Shown: positions 22,991-31,731 of the stretch, in pieces
Layout of the letters: the number at the start of each line of letters is the position of its first letter
How positions within the stretch are numbered: position 1 is the first letter of the stretch
Assembly: GCA_043784925.1 (NCBI GenBank)
Contig: JAYVXU010000021.1
Location: 1-46,296 of the forward strand
Direction: 5' to 3'
Source of the DNA: Candidatus Adlerbacteria bacterium
Lineage (GTDB): Bacteria; Patescibacteriota; Minisyncoccia; Phycocordibacterales; SBAW01
Length of the DNA stretch: 46,296 nt
Program-made: the position numbers and the translations under genes
The notes under the pieces: model-generated
The model's input: only the letters and a program-made list of their open reading frames with translations
Told to the model about the DNA's origin: nothing
Databases searched by the model: none

Positions 22991-23674
22991 ATGCGAGTTG
23001 AGCCATTTACAGTAGATTCTTATATACACGTGGTCAAACGTGGGGCGCGAGGCTTGCCTATTGTTATTGATGATGCTGACCAGTGGCGTTTCCTGCGTCT
23101 TATGTACTATATGAATGATGAATATTTGGATGAGAATTGGGACCAGGTTACTAAATCTGGAGATTTATTCAACAGACCAGATTGGTGGCCCGAACGTTTG
23201 CCCATTGTGAGAATATTAGGATTCACTCTTATGTCAAACCATTTACATTTGATTCTTCAAGAAATGCGAGAAGGAGGGGTGTCAATGTTCATGCGTAAAC
23301 TGGGGCAAAGTATGACCAATCACCATAATGAGAAGTATCGTCAGCGAGGCAGCCTTTTCCAAGGCTCGTATAGAGCTCGGACAATTCAGAGCGATGAATA
23401 CCTGCGTTATGTTGCGGTATATGTAATGGTAAAAAATATTTTTGAGCTGTACCCAATGGGTGGGCTGGAGGGGGCAATTAAAAACTTTGAAGCAGCTTGG
23501 AGCTGGGCAGTCACGTATCCATTTTCGAGTCTTGGAGAGTACGCGTCAGAAAGAAACTTTCCCATTATTGATAAAGGAATTTTCGGAGAAATATATGCAA
23601 CCTCAAAAGACTTTAAAAGGTTTGCTCATGAAGTAATCAAGGGAGGCAAATGGTTGAATACTGATTTTGAGTAA
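22991..23674 (+). CDS. Y1 (HUH) tyrosine transposase, IS200-like / REP-associated tyrosine transposase (RAYT)-like
   Basis: 227-aa ORF. It has YIHVVKRGARGLPIV, the HUH motif SNHLHLIL (His-Leu-His at nt 23240-23248) and a Tyr-containing helix LFQGSYRARTIQSDEYLRYVAVYVMVKN. Confidence 0.75.
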   Translation: MRVEPFTVDSYIHVVKRGARGLPIVIDDADQWRFLRLMYYMNDEYLDENWDQVTKSGDLFNRPDWWPERLPIVRILGFTLMSNHLHLILQEMREGGVSMFMRKLGQSMTNHHNEKYRQRGSLFQGSYRARTIQSDEYLRYVAVYVMVKNIFELYPMGGLEGAIKNFEAAWSWAVTYPFSSLGEYASERNFPIIDKGIFGEIYATSKDFKRFAHEVIKGGKWLNTDFE

Positions 23675-23681
23675 TCCTCTA

Positions 23682-23710
23682 AAACTAACGTAGTCAGACT
23701 GCGTTAGTTT
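23682..23710. repeat. Right-hand REP-like palindrome
   Basis: AAACTAACGTAGTC-A-GACTGCGTTAGTTT has the same core as the left palindrome, with one G:T position. Confidence 0.8.
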
Positions 23711-23986
23711 GACGGAATAGCTAGTAATGATACTGTATAGGACTCGAGACGGTACCGAGTTGGTCCAAAGGAACATAAAATGAGCAGGCAAGCTAGAATA
23801 CCTCCTCCGCCAACAATTGGTGGCACTGAGGGAGAGCCACTTGGCCTTCTGGCATGTGAGCAAACGAGTCGCAGTGGTAAGTAACTATTTTAGTTCACTA
23901 ACCTAACATAAAATCTCCTCGTTTAACGTCGACAGCGTATTTATCTACGCACTGGGAGGCTAACCTTCTAAAGCTCTCAACAACAG

Positions 23987-24018
23987 CCACTCATCATGTA
24001 TGGGTGGTTGATTTTTTT
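23987..24018 (+). terminator. Rho-independent terminator-like hairpin
   Basis: CCACTCAT (23987-23994), loop CATGT, then ATGGGTGG (24000-24007), followed by TTGATTTTTTT. Confidence 0.55.
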
Positions 24019-24118
24019 ACTCAGCTTTTGTTTTATGTTTTACGACAAATTGTACTCTCAGAGTTTTTGTTATAAGAAACTTCTCGCAGAAGGGTCGAGT
24101 TTACGTTAGAGTTACAGT

Positions 24119-26302
24119 ATGAAGATTGTTTTAGCAGCGGGGTTATATCCGCCGGATATTGGGGGGCCCGCAACTTTTGCTAAGCAATTGGTAGAGTCTT
24201 TGACTTTGCAAGAAAATGTTCAGGTAGAGGTGGTGTCTTTTAGAGAAGTGCGCCACCTAAAGCCTGGTATTCGCCATATGGTGTATTGCCTTAAGCTGTG
24301 GCAAAAAAGTCGAAGTGCAGAGGCTATAGTCGCTTTAGACCCGGTGAGTGTAGGGTTGTCAGCGCTTGTTGTTTCAAAACTCCGAGGTATAAAATTTTTT
24401 GTGCGAGTTGGAGGTGATTATGCGTGGGAGCAGGGTGTGCAACGATTTGGTGTAACAGAAACACTAGATTCATTTGTAAGTAATAAGCCCAATCACTATT
24501 CCTTTGGAGTTCAGGGTCTTATTTTACTGCAGTCATTAGTTGCCCAAAGTGCAACGCGTGTAGTGGTGCCCAGTGACTATTTAAAAAGTGTAGTACTTCT
24601 GTGGGGAGTAGCAGCCCAAAACAGTACTCGCATATATAGTAGTGCTCACGTAGGAACTCTTACTTCTAAAGAAGAGGCACGATCCCAGTGGAAGTTTACT
24701 AATGAAAAAGTGATTCTCTCAGCTGGACGATTTGTGCCCTGGAAGGGTTTCCCTGTATTGATTAATGTAGCTCTTGAACTGAAAAAAGTATTCCCCAATA
24801 TTCTCTTGGTTATAGCAGGCAGTGGGCCCGACGATGCAAAAATTCGAGAATATGCACAAGTAAGTGGGGTCCCGGTTCGGTTTATGGGTGACATGAAAAA
24901 AGAAGAGCTACTTTCGCTTGTTGTAGCATCGGATGTTTTTGCACTTAATACCAACTACGAAGGATTGTCGCACCAGCTGATTGAAGTAATGCAAGCGGGT
25001 ACGCCTGTTGTGACGACCCATGTTGGGGGTAATGTGGAACTTATTGAAGACGGGGTTTCGGGACGACTCCTGGCCTTTAATGACAAGGATGCATTTGTTT
25101 CTGCCATTACCGACGTGTTCAATGATATAGGAAAGGCTGGGTCAAAAACTGAACAGTTGGTTCATAATGCAAAAATTCGAGCGCAAGAATTTTCGTCCGT
25201 CAATTCAATGGAGGAGTGGCAAAAACTTTTACATACCAGCCCTTGTGCTCGTCTGCATGTGCTTATGATAAGCGGGGATGCGTTGGTTCAGACTCAAACG
25301 AGCGGAGTATATAAACGACTACTCGTTCAAGCTCGGCAGGTTGCAAGTTTGATAGTTTTTGTTCGGGGAAGTAAAAACACTACACCCCTTCTTTCAGAGG
25401 GAGAAGTACGAGGCTTTGGAGGATCTAAAATACTCGTGGCTTTAGCTATGATGCGCGCAGGGAGACTCATGGAACATGTCGATGTGGTAACTGCGCAAGA
25501 CCCTTTTTTACTGGGATTTGTTGCGTGGCGAATAGCTAGGTCACAAAAAGTGCCTCTGCAACTGCAAATCCATACTAATATATTTGCTGCCGCATTTAAG
25601 AAAAAATATTTTTTCAAAAGTCACTTGGCCCATTTCTTACTCAGGCGAGCCGACTCGATTCGAGTTGTGTCAGACGAATTAAAGCAGCAATTACTCCAAG
25701 CCGGGGTCAAGGCACCCATATCCGTTTTGCCTATATATATTGATACAGAGGCTATACAAAAAGTCGCACCATTTGATTTTAGTTCACAGTATCCGCAGTT
25801 CACCCATAGTGTAGTGGTTGCTGCTAGGCTTGAAAAAGAAAAACATGTGGAAGAGATACTTGATGCATGGCCTGAAGTATTAAAACAATTACCGGATGCG
25901 GGCCTTTTTATAGCGGGCGAAGGAAAAGAAAAAGCTGCCCTTCAAAAACATGCAGTAGCCCTTGGTATCGCTGGCCACGTAGTTTTTTTAGGATATAGAA
26001 ATGATGTGTATGAGTTGTATAAAGGAGCAGATGTTGTGTTTGCAGCAACGGCAGAATATGAAGGGTATGGTGCCACCGCTGTGGAAGCGCTTGCAGCTGG
26101 TACCCCTGTTGTTTCTGTACGAGATGCGGGGGTTGTAAAACAAGCAGGAGGAAGTGTAGTACCCCAACCTTCGCTCGCGGAAGAAATAGTGCGAATACTT
26201 AACGCTAACTTACGAGGCGAGCTCCGCATGACACTACCCACAATGGAGGAGTGGGCAGTGCTCTGGCAAAAGGGTCTTATAGGCAGTAGGGTAAAGGTAT
26301 AG
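24119..26302 (+). CDS. Tandem-fused double glycosyltransferase (GT4 + GT4-like modules)
   Basis: 727-aa ORF. The N-terminal half has MKIVLAAGLYPPDIGGPATF and EGLSHQLIEVMQAGTPVVTTHVGG. The C-terminal half has LHVLMISGD.. and EGYGATAVEALAAGTPVVSV. Confidence 0.82.
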   Translation: MKIVLAAGLYPPDIGGPATFAKQLVESLTLQENVQVEVVSFREVRHLKPGIRHMVYCLKLWQKSRSAEAIVALDPVSVGLSALVVSKLRGIKFFVRVGGDYAWEQGVQRFGVTETLDSFVSNKPNHYSFGVQGLILLQSLVAQSATRVVVPSDYLKSVVLLWGVAAQNSTRIYSSAHVGTLTSKEEARSQWKFTNEKVILSAGRFVPWKGFPVLINVALELKKVFPNILLVIAGSGPDDAKIREYAQVSGVPVRFMGDMKKEELLSLVVASDVFALNTNYEGLSHQLIEVMQAGTPVVTTHVGGNVELIEDGVSGRLLAFNDKDAFVSAITDVFNDIGKAGSKTEQLVHNAKIRAQEFSSVNSMEEWQKLLHTSPCARLHVLMISGDALVQTQTSGVYKRLLVQARQVASLIVFVRGSKNTTPLLSEGEVRGFGGSKILVALAMMRAGRLMEHVDVVTAQDPFLLGFVAWRIARSQKVPLQLQIHTNIFAAAFKKKYFFKSHLAHFLLRRADSIRVVSDELKQQLLQAGVKAPISVLPIYIDTEAIQKVAPFDFSSQYPQFTHSVVVAARLEKEKHVEEILDAWPEVLKQLPDAGLFIAGEGKEKAALQKHAVALGIAGHVVFLGYRNDVYELYKGADVVFAATAEYEGYGATAVEALAAGTPVVSVRDAGVVKQAGGSVVPQPSLAEEIVRILNANLRGELRMTLPTMEEWAVLWQKGLIGSRVKV

Positions 26303-26305
26303 GCT

Positions 26306-27340
26306 ATGAAATTACTTATTACAACACAGGCGGTTGATAGCCAAGATTCAAATTTAGGGTTTTTCCATCGATGGATTGAAGAATTTGCACTTCATTGTGA
26401 AGAGGTGACTGTCATTTGTTTGCGTAGGGGAGATTATGTTTTGCCCCCGAATGTCAGGGTGCTTTCACTCGGTAAAGAAGAGCGAACTTCACGGGTTGTT
26501 CGGGTTGCGCGCTTTCTCAAATATATTGTTATGTATCGCAATTCCTATGACGCAGTGTTTGTACATATGAACCCCGAGTATGTTTTGCTCGGCGGTCATA
26601 TATGGCGCCAATGGCACAAAAAAATAGGGCTCTGGTATGCACACAAGAGTCTGACTCAAAAACTTACGTGGGCAGTTACATTGGTCGACCGAGTTTTTAG
26701 TGTGGCTCTAGACAGTTTCCCTATCAAGACTCCTAAATTAGCTGCACTCGGGCATGGGATTGATACAGAGCTTTTTAAGCCTGAATTTCATTTAGAAAGC
26801 ACAGCAACAAGGATACTAACAACAGGAAGGATTGCCGAAACTAAGCATTTGGTCGAAATGCTCGAGACACTCGATATGCTCCATGTGCAGGGCGAAAAGT
26901 TTGTTTTTACTATTGTAGGGGTGCCCACTTCTGCAGCTGAAGCTGAATATGCAACCAAACTCAATCACGAAATTTCTCGCAGGCCATATGCGCACCAAGT
27001 GCATTTGCTTGGGGCGGTGCCACATCATCATTTGCCAAAACTTTTGAATGGGCAAGATTTATTTTTTAACTTTAGTACCACCGGTAATATGGACAAGGCC
27101 GGACTTGAGGCGCTGGCTTGTGGCATACCTCTCGTAACAACAAACAAAAATTACGAGCCTCTACTTGGAGCCTATGAGCTGTATGTGCCAACAATGGCAG
27201 GAGAGACAGTAGCAAAAGCTATGATCAAATTCCTCAATCGTCCCGACCGAGCTGCCATAGTGGCAACTTTGCGGAATAAAGTAGTAGCTGAACATTCATT
27301 AAGTCTACTTATTCCTAAAATACTACACGAATTACAATGA
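26306..27340 (+). CDS. Glycosyltransferase, GT4-like
   Basis: 344-aa ORF with MKLLITTQAVDSQDSNLGFFHRWIEEFA and NMDKAGLEALACGIPLVTT. Confidence 0.78.
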   Translation: MKLLITTQAVDSQDSNLGFFHRWIEEFALHCEEVTVICLRRGDYVLPPNVRVLSLGKEERTSRVVRVARFLKYIVMYRNSYDAVFVHMNPEYVLLGGHIWRQWHKKIGLWYAHKSLTQKLTWAVTLVDRVFSVALDSFPIKTPKLAALGHGIDTELFKPEFHLESTATRILTTGRIAETKHLVEMLETLDMLHVQGEKFVFTIVGVPTSAAEAEYATKLNHEISRRPYAHQVHLLGAVPHHHLPKLLNGQDLFFNFSTTGNMDKAGLEALACGIPLVTTNKNYEPLLGAYELYVPTMAGETVAKAMIKFLNRPDRAAIVATLRNKVVAEHSLSLLIPKILHELQ

Positions 27341-28407
27341 GGCTACATAAAAACTTTTTTGTTGATCCTGAGTGGAAACAAGAGGGACTGTATTCACCAC
27401 TCATGTTTCCGTTTTGGGGAAATTTTTTTGATCCGATTAAAACCCCTTTTCACCATGCCCTTTTTGAAAAATACTCTTTTGACACAAAGTATTATGATAT
27501 AACGGATGACCCAGAGAAAGCTGATATGGTTTTAATGCCTTTTTCACACAATATAGCACTCAGGCATTACCCGCATATTCTTGAGGCATGCACTTCCATG
27601 TCAGCCAAAATTAAAAAGCCTCTACTAATTGATGGGATCGGTGATATTGTGCACGAAGTAACTATTCCTAATACTTTTGTACTTAGGTATGGGGGATATA
27701 AGTTCGAAAAAAAACCAAATGAAATAGTCATTCCACCTTACGCTGATGATTTATTAGAGATCTATTGCAAGGGTATTTTACCAATACGTGAAAAGTCTGT
27801 CATTCCAACTATTGGATTTGCAGGATGGAGCAACTTAACAGGAAAGCAGAAGTTTCGAAGTTTTGCTAAAGAATTTAAAGACAGATTGCACGGTATTTTT
27901 AACAGTAACTATCGTGCAAAAAAGAAGGGAGTTTTTTTTCGAGCTCAAGCCCTTAAAATTTTAGAAGAGTCTTTTTTACTCAAGACTTCTATCGTACGAA
28001 GATCTTCATACTCCGGACATGCAGACACGGTCGAGGGTGGAGCTGAACTAGTACGTTTAGAATTTGTTGAGAACCTTTTGGGGTGTGACTACGGGCTTGA
28101 TGTCAGAGGAGATGCAAATGCTTCAATTCGCTTGTTCGAAATACTATCACTAGGTCGCATCCCTATAATTATAGATACTGAAAGAAACTTTCCCTTTTCT
28201 GACAAAGTAGACTATTCGCGGTTCGCGTGCATTGTCGATTTTCGAGATATGCACATACTACCTCAAAAAATTATGGAGTTTCACAACTCACTCAGTAACG
28301 AAAAATATAAAGAAATGCAGCAATATGCTCGCGACAGCTATGTTAAGTATTTTCGAGTAGATGCTTTAATGCAAGGTATTATCCAGGAAATTGATGAGAG
28401 AATGTAG
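27337..28407 (+). CDS. Exostosin-like (GT47-type) glycosyltransferase family protein
   Basis: 356-aa ORF. DYGLDVRGDANASIRLFEILSLGRIPIIIDTERNFPFSDKVDYSRFACIV matches the exostosin C-terminal pattern (S.R..E.l..GcIPVii.d...lPF...ldw..f.v), judged by eye. Confidence 0.58.
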   Translation: MRLHKNFFVDPEWKQEGLYSPLMFPFWGNFFDPIKTPFHHALFEKYSFDTKYYDITDDPEKADMVLMPFSHNIALRHYPHILEACTSMSAKIKKPLLIDGIGDIVHEVTIPNTFVLRYGGYKFEKKPNEIVIPPYADDLLEIYCKGILPIREKSVIPTIGFAGWSNLTGKQKFRSFAKEFKDRLHGIFNSNYRAKKKGVFFRAQALKILEESFLLKTSIVRRSSYSGHADTVEGGAELVRLEFVENLLGCDYGLDVRGDANASIRLFEILSLGRIPIIIDTERNFPFSDKVDYSRFACIVDFRDMHILPQKIMEFHNSLSNEKYKEMQQYARDSYVKYFRVDALMQGIIQEIDERM

Positions 28408-28411
28408 ATAG

Positions 28412-29038
28412 TTATTTTTTTATTTTGGCGACAAAAGATAAGGCGAAAAAATTTGGAGCAAGGGTTGTGAAAAAAGTGCCAAATAATCTAAAGAAAGAGA
28501 ACGTATTCATTCGTAGCGCAACTATTGGAAGATTGTTTTCTTGAAAGATTTTTTTAAGCTGTACATAATTAAACCAATAAATATGACCTTTGTGTGGGTA
28601 ATTATTTTCGGGTACCCGGCCCCGCATTGTTTGTACGCGCGCAGGAAAAGAAGAAAAGTTAGGAACACTAACAATTATATATTCTTTCGATACTCTTTTT
28701 GCCTCTGCTAAAATTGGCGTTGGATTATATGCATGTTCAAGCACATCCAGCAAAACTACATAGTCAAAACTGTTGTCCGGAAAAGGCCAAGGAGTGTCGA
28801 GAGGTAATAACTCCACAGCGAGACCCTTTTGAATGCAGGCGTCTCTTGCGCTCTCTGAAATTTCTAAACCGGTAGCCTCTATTCCTTTTTGCTTTAGCAT
28901 TTCAAGCAACAGTCCATCACCACAAGCAAAATCTAGAACAGAGCCGTGCTCAATTAACCCCACTGCGCTAGTGTGTCTAAATTCCACTTGTTGCGTAAAA
29001 GAATCCCATCTTTTATTTTCAAATTCTATAACACTCAT
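28412..29038 (-). CDS. Class I SAM-dependent methyltransferase
   Basis: 208-aa ORF with motif I VLDFACGDGLLLEML and post-I/II DYVVLLDVLEH. Confidence 0.8.
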   Translation of the reverse strand: MSVIEFENKRWDSFTQQVEFRHTSAVGLIEHGSVLDFACGDGLLLEMLKQKGIEATGLEISESARDACIQKGLAVELLPLDTPWPFPDNSFDYVVLLDVLEHAYNPTPILAEAKRVSKEYIIVSVPNFSSFPARVQTMRGRVPENNYPHKGHIYWFNYVQLKKIFQENNLPIVALRMNTFSFFRLFGTFFTTLAPNFFALSFVAKIKK

Positions 29039-29114
29039 ACCAACAGTATCAATGCTAGTCTTATTTTATGCAAGAAATAGTATATTTTTTTGAAATAGGG
29101 TATTTTCACTTATT

Positions 29115-29555
29115 TTAATTATTTTGGTTGGATTTTTTCCATACCCAAAAATGGTATCCTGCAAAGTTTGAACCAAATCCAATACACACGCCGGCGATGT
29201 ATGCCCCATGGATCAGCCAAACGTTTGTAGTCCAGTGTTCGGTTAAAAACAAAAATAGCCATTGTATAAAAAGTGAGCCGGATACAACAATATGAAAGCG
29301 TGCGAGCTTTGCTAAAACCGGCGAGCGTATTGGGCTGGGATCAGTAAAGGAAAATTTATTGTTTAGATAAAAATTACACAAAACACCAATCTCTGCGCCT
29401 ATGAGAGTTGCAGATGATGGTTCGAGCACGTGCATGTAGACGCTCAAGAGTTCAAAAAAAACAGTTTGTATCGCAAATCCAACACCCCCAATCAAAAGGA
29501 CGCGAAATAGCCGAGCTGAAAGAATTTTTTTATAAAGAATCCTATATCTGTCCAT
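29115..29555 (-). CDS. GtrA family membrane protein (polyprenyl-phosphate-sugar flippase-like)
   Basis: 146-aa ORF with 4 TM segments. LIGGVGFAIQTVFFELL...GVLCNFYLNNKFSF is typical of GtrA-like proteins. Confidence 0.78.
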   Translation of the reverse strand: MDRYRILYKKILSARLFRVLLIGGVGFAIQTVFFELLSVYMHVLEPSSATLIGAEIGVLCNFYLNNKFSFTDPSPIRSPVLAKLARFHIVVSGSLFIQWLFLFLTEHWTTNVWLIHGAYIAGVCIGFGSNFAGYHFWVWKKSNQNN

Positions 29556-29665
29556 AAGCCCTTACTATACCTCGAGCCGATTGAGTTTTGTAGTATATTT
29601 TGCATGTATATTATTGATGTCTGCTGATACAATTTGGATATTATTTTGGCGACGGCAATATTTAC

Positions 29666-30367
29666 ATGAATGTAAAATACGAAGGTAAAGATCTTGAGGC
29701 AATGTCTTTTGCGCACAACTACCATACATGGGTTTTGAGTAAGTTTCGCCCGTACCTGGGCAAAGTAGTGGCTGAAGTTGGGGCTGGCTCCGGTAATGTC
29801 ACCACAATGCTTCTGGGGCAAGGGGTAGAGGAGCTTGTTGCGGTCGAGCCTTCAGACGAAATGTATCCTCTACTTACTCAAAAATTCCACAGTATGCCTC
29901 AAGTGGTCAGTGTTCATGCATTGTTTGCTGACATATATCAAAAATATATTGGGCATTTTGACTCGGTCGTATATGTAAATGTGATGGAGCATGTGGAACA
30001 CGAGCAGCAAGAATTGCAGTATATAAAGCAAGCGCTCAAACCTGGCGGGCATGTGTGCATTTTTATACCCGCCTTACCGTGGTTATATAGCGAGTTTGAT
30101 GCTTCAATTGGCCACTACCGAAGATATACTAAAAAATATATAAAAAAACTTCTCGTTGAAGCTGGGTTTGAGATAGTTACACTTTCTTATTTTGATGTGT
30201 TGGGGATAATCCCCTGGTTTATAGTACTTACCCTTTTTAAGAAAAAATTGAGCTCAGGAAATACGGCGCTATATGATGGGTATGTTGTGCCATTTTCAAG
30301 AATACTTGAGTCGGTTTTGCCTGTTCCTATAGGAAAAAATATCCTTGTTGTTGCAAGAAAAAAATGA
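29666..30367 (+). CDS. Class I SAM-dependent methyltransferase
   Basis: 233-aa ORF with motif I VAEVGAGSGNVTTML, DSVVYVNVMEHV and LKPGGHVCIFIP. Confidence 0.8.
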   Translation: MNVKYEGKDLEAMSFAHNYHTWVLSKFRPYLGKVVAEVGAGSGNVTTMLLGQGVEELVAVEPSDEMYPLLTQKFHSMPQVVSVHALFADIYQKYIGHFDSVVYVNVMEHVEHEQQELQYIKQALKPGGHVCIFIPALPWLYSEFDASIGHYRRYTKKYIKKLLVEAGFEIVTLSYFDVLGIIPWFIVLTLFKKKLSSGNTALYDGYVVPFSRILESVLPVPIGKNILVVARKK

Positions 30368-31731
30368 AAGATTTTTTAAAACAGTATAAAATTGAGATAG
30401 GTATTTTTTTTCTAGCCCTACTCGTGCGGTGCGTATACCTGTATCTGAGTATACGTTTTCAAAACGGAGACCTTATAGGGGCAATTAGTGGTGCGGATAG
30501 TTACTATACAATTAGCCGAAATATAGTACTTGGACACGGCTACTCGGCATATACCACGGCGCCGTATCTCCTCAATTCTGTGCGACCTCCTGTCTTCCCT
30601 TATTTTTTAGCATGGACATATATGCTTTTCAAAAGTTATTGGACACCACTCATTTTGCAGTTATTGATCGGAAGTTTTTTGCCTATTTTAACTATGCGTA
30701 TAGGTAGGTATATAACACCTGTACGTTCCATAGTGGTTGGGGTTGGAATTTTCCTTGCTCTTGAGCCGGTGTCTATTCTATTTTCAACATTTTTTTATAG
30801 TGAAACTTTTTTTACTCTGCTCTTTTTAGTATCGATACTCTATTTATTTTCGTATCTTAAAACTGAACGTTTTTTACATCTACTTTTTTCCTCTGCATTT
30901 TTAGGGTTTGCCACATTAACCAAGCCAACAGTAACATACCTTCCCGCTCTTATTGCAGTAGTTTTGGTTTGGCATTTTAGAAAAAACCTACCTAAGATTT
31001 TGTTACACACCGTGGCCTACGGGGCACTTTTTCTTGCCGTGTTAGCCCCGTGGGCACTTAGAAATTATAGAGAGTTTGGTGTGGTGTCGGTGAGCTCTTT
31101 GTCTGGCGTTGCGTTGTACGACGTGCTTGTGCCGTCTGTGTTGAGTTTAAAAAACGGCACAACCTTTGCAACTGAATATCAGGCTATTCTACAGCAAGGA
31201 GGAGCCGACCCCAACTTTTCGGATGTATCACAGTCAAGAGAATTTACAAAGCGAGCTACGCATATATTACTTGCAAACCCGAAGCCGCTGGTGTTGATCC
31301 TCGGTAATACGGCATTAAACTTTTTTATCCATGATGGTATGTACGATGTGTTGCGCCATATAGGGCAGAAGCCCGGTACACTGCTGGGTAAGCCGGCGCT
31401 TTTTGTTTTACTTTCAAATCCTCTAAAATTGGGTGCGTTTATACTACAGTACACAACGTCGCCATTTATTTTAATTTTGGTAGGACGTGTGCTTTGGATT
31501 AGTGTGACCATATTAGCATTTTTAGGAATCGTGCGATATATAAGAAAAGAAGTTACGCCAGAGTATGCATGTATGAGTGGTGCAATAGTGCTGTACTTTA
31601 TGCTCACAACGCTGGTTATTGGCCTCACGGTGAATGCGCGCTACCGTTTACCGGTTGAAGGTCTTATTGTTATGTTTGCATTTTATGAGCTCATATATTG
31701 GAAGAGGAAAAAAACGCATGAACAAGCTTAG
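30364..31731 (+). CDS. Polytopic GT-C fold glycosyltransferase (GT39/GT83, ArnT/PMT-like)
   Basis: 455-aa ORF with more than 10 TM segments. The first-loop acidic motif is ISGADSYYTISRNIVLGHGYS, followed by RPPVFPYFLAW. Its start overlaps the upstream stop (ATGA). Confidence 0.7.
   Translation: MKDFLKQYKIEIGIFFLALLVRCVYLYLSIRFQNGDLIGAISGADSYYTISRNIVLGHGYSAYTTAPYLLNSVRPPVFPYFLAWTYMLFKSYWTPLILQLLIGSFLPILTMRIGRYITPVRSIVVGVGIFLALEPVSILFSTFFYSETFFTLLFLVSILYLFSYLKTERFLHLLFSSAFLGFATLTKPTVTYLPALIAVVLVWHFRKNLPKILLHTVAYGALFLAVLAPWALRNYREFGVVSVSSLSGVALYDVLVPSVLSLKNGTTFATEYQAILQQGGADPNFSDVSQSREFTKRATHILLANPKPLVLILGNTALNFFIHDGMYDVLRHIGQKPGTLLGKPALFVLLSNPLKLGAFILQYTTSPFILILVGRVLWISVTILAFLGIVRYIRKEVTPEYACMSGAIVLYFMLTTLVIGLTVNARYRLPVEGLIVMFAFYELIYWKRKKTHEQA

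Larger units (their letters stand above)
22938..23710 (+). mobile_element. IS200/RAYT-type Y1 transposase unit bracketed by matching palindromic (REP-like) hairpins
   Basis: The left palindrome is at 22938-22978, the CDS at 22991-23674 and the right palindrome at 23682-23710. Both palindromes share the core AAACTAACGTAGTC-N-GACTRCGTTAGTTT. Confidence 0.65.

Noticed and set aside
23603-23863. Minus-strand 86-aa ORF spanning the right REP-like palindrome and the 3' end of the transposase gene.
   Set aside because: It overlaps the well-supported transposase CDS and the palindrome, and it has no recognisable motifs or start signals.
31634-31717. N-terminal extensions proposed by the ORF track for the GT2 gene (31634), and likewise for the GT4 at 36534 and rmlC at 40940.
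   Set aside because: The extensions overlap the preceding genes by 40-160 nt and encode non-homologous sequence. Internal ATGs at 31718, 36696 and 40982 give canonical family N-termini (MNKLSIIIPCYNE, MTIHFFTKED, MIIKKTKCAGLF) and tight gene junctions.
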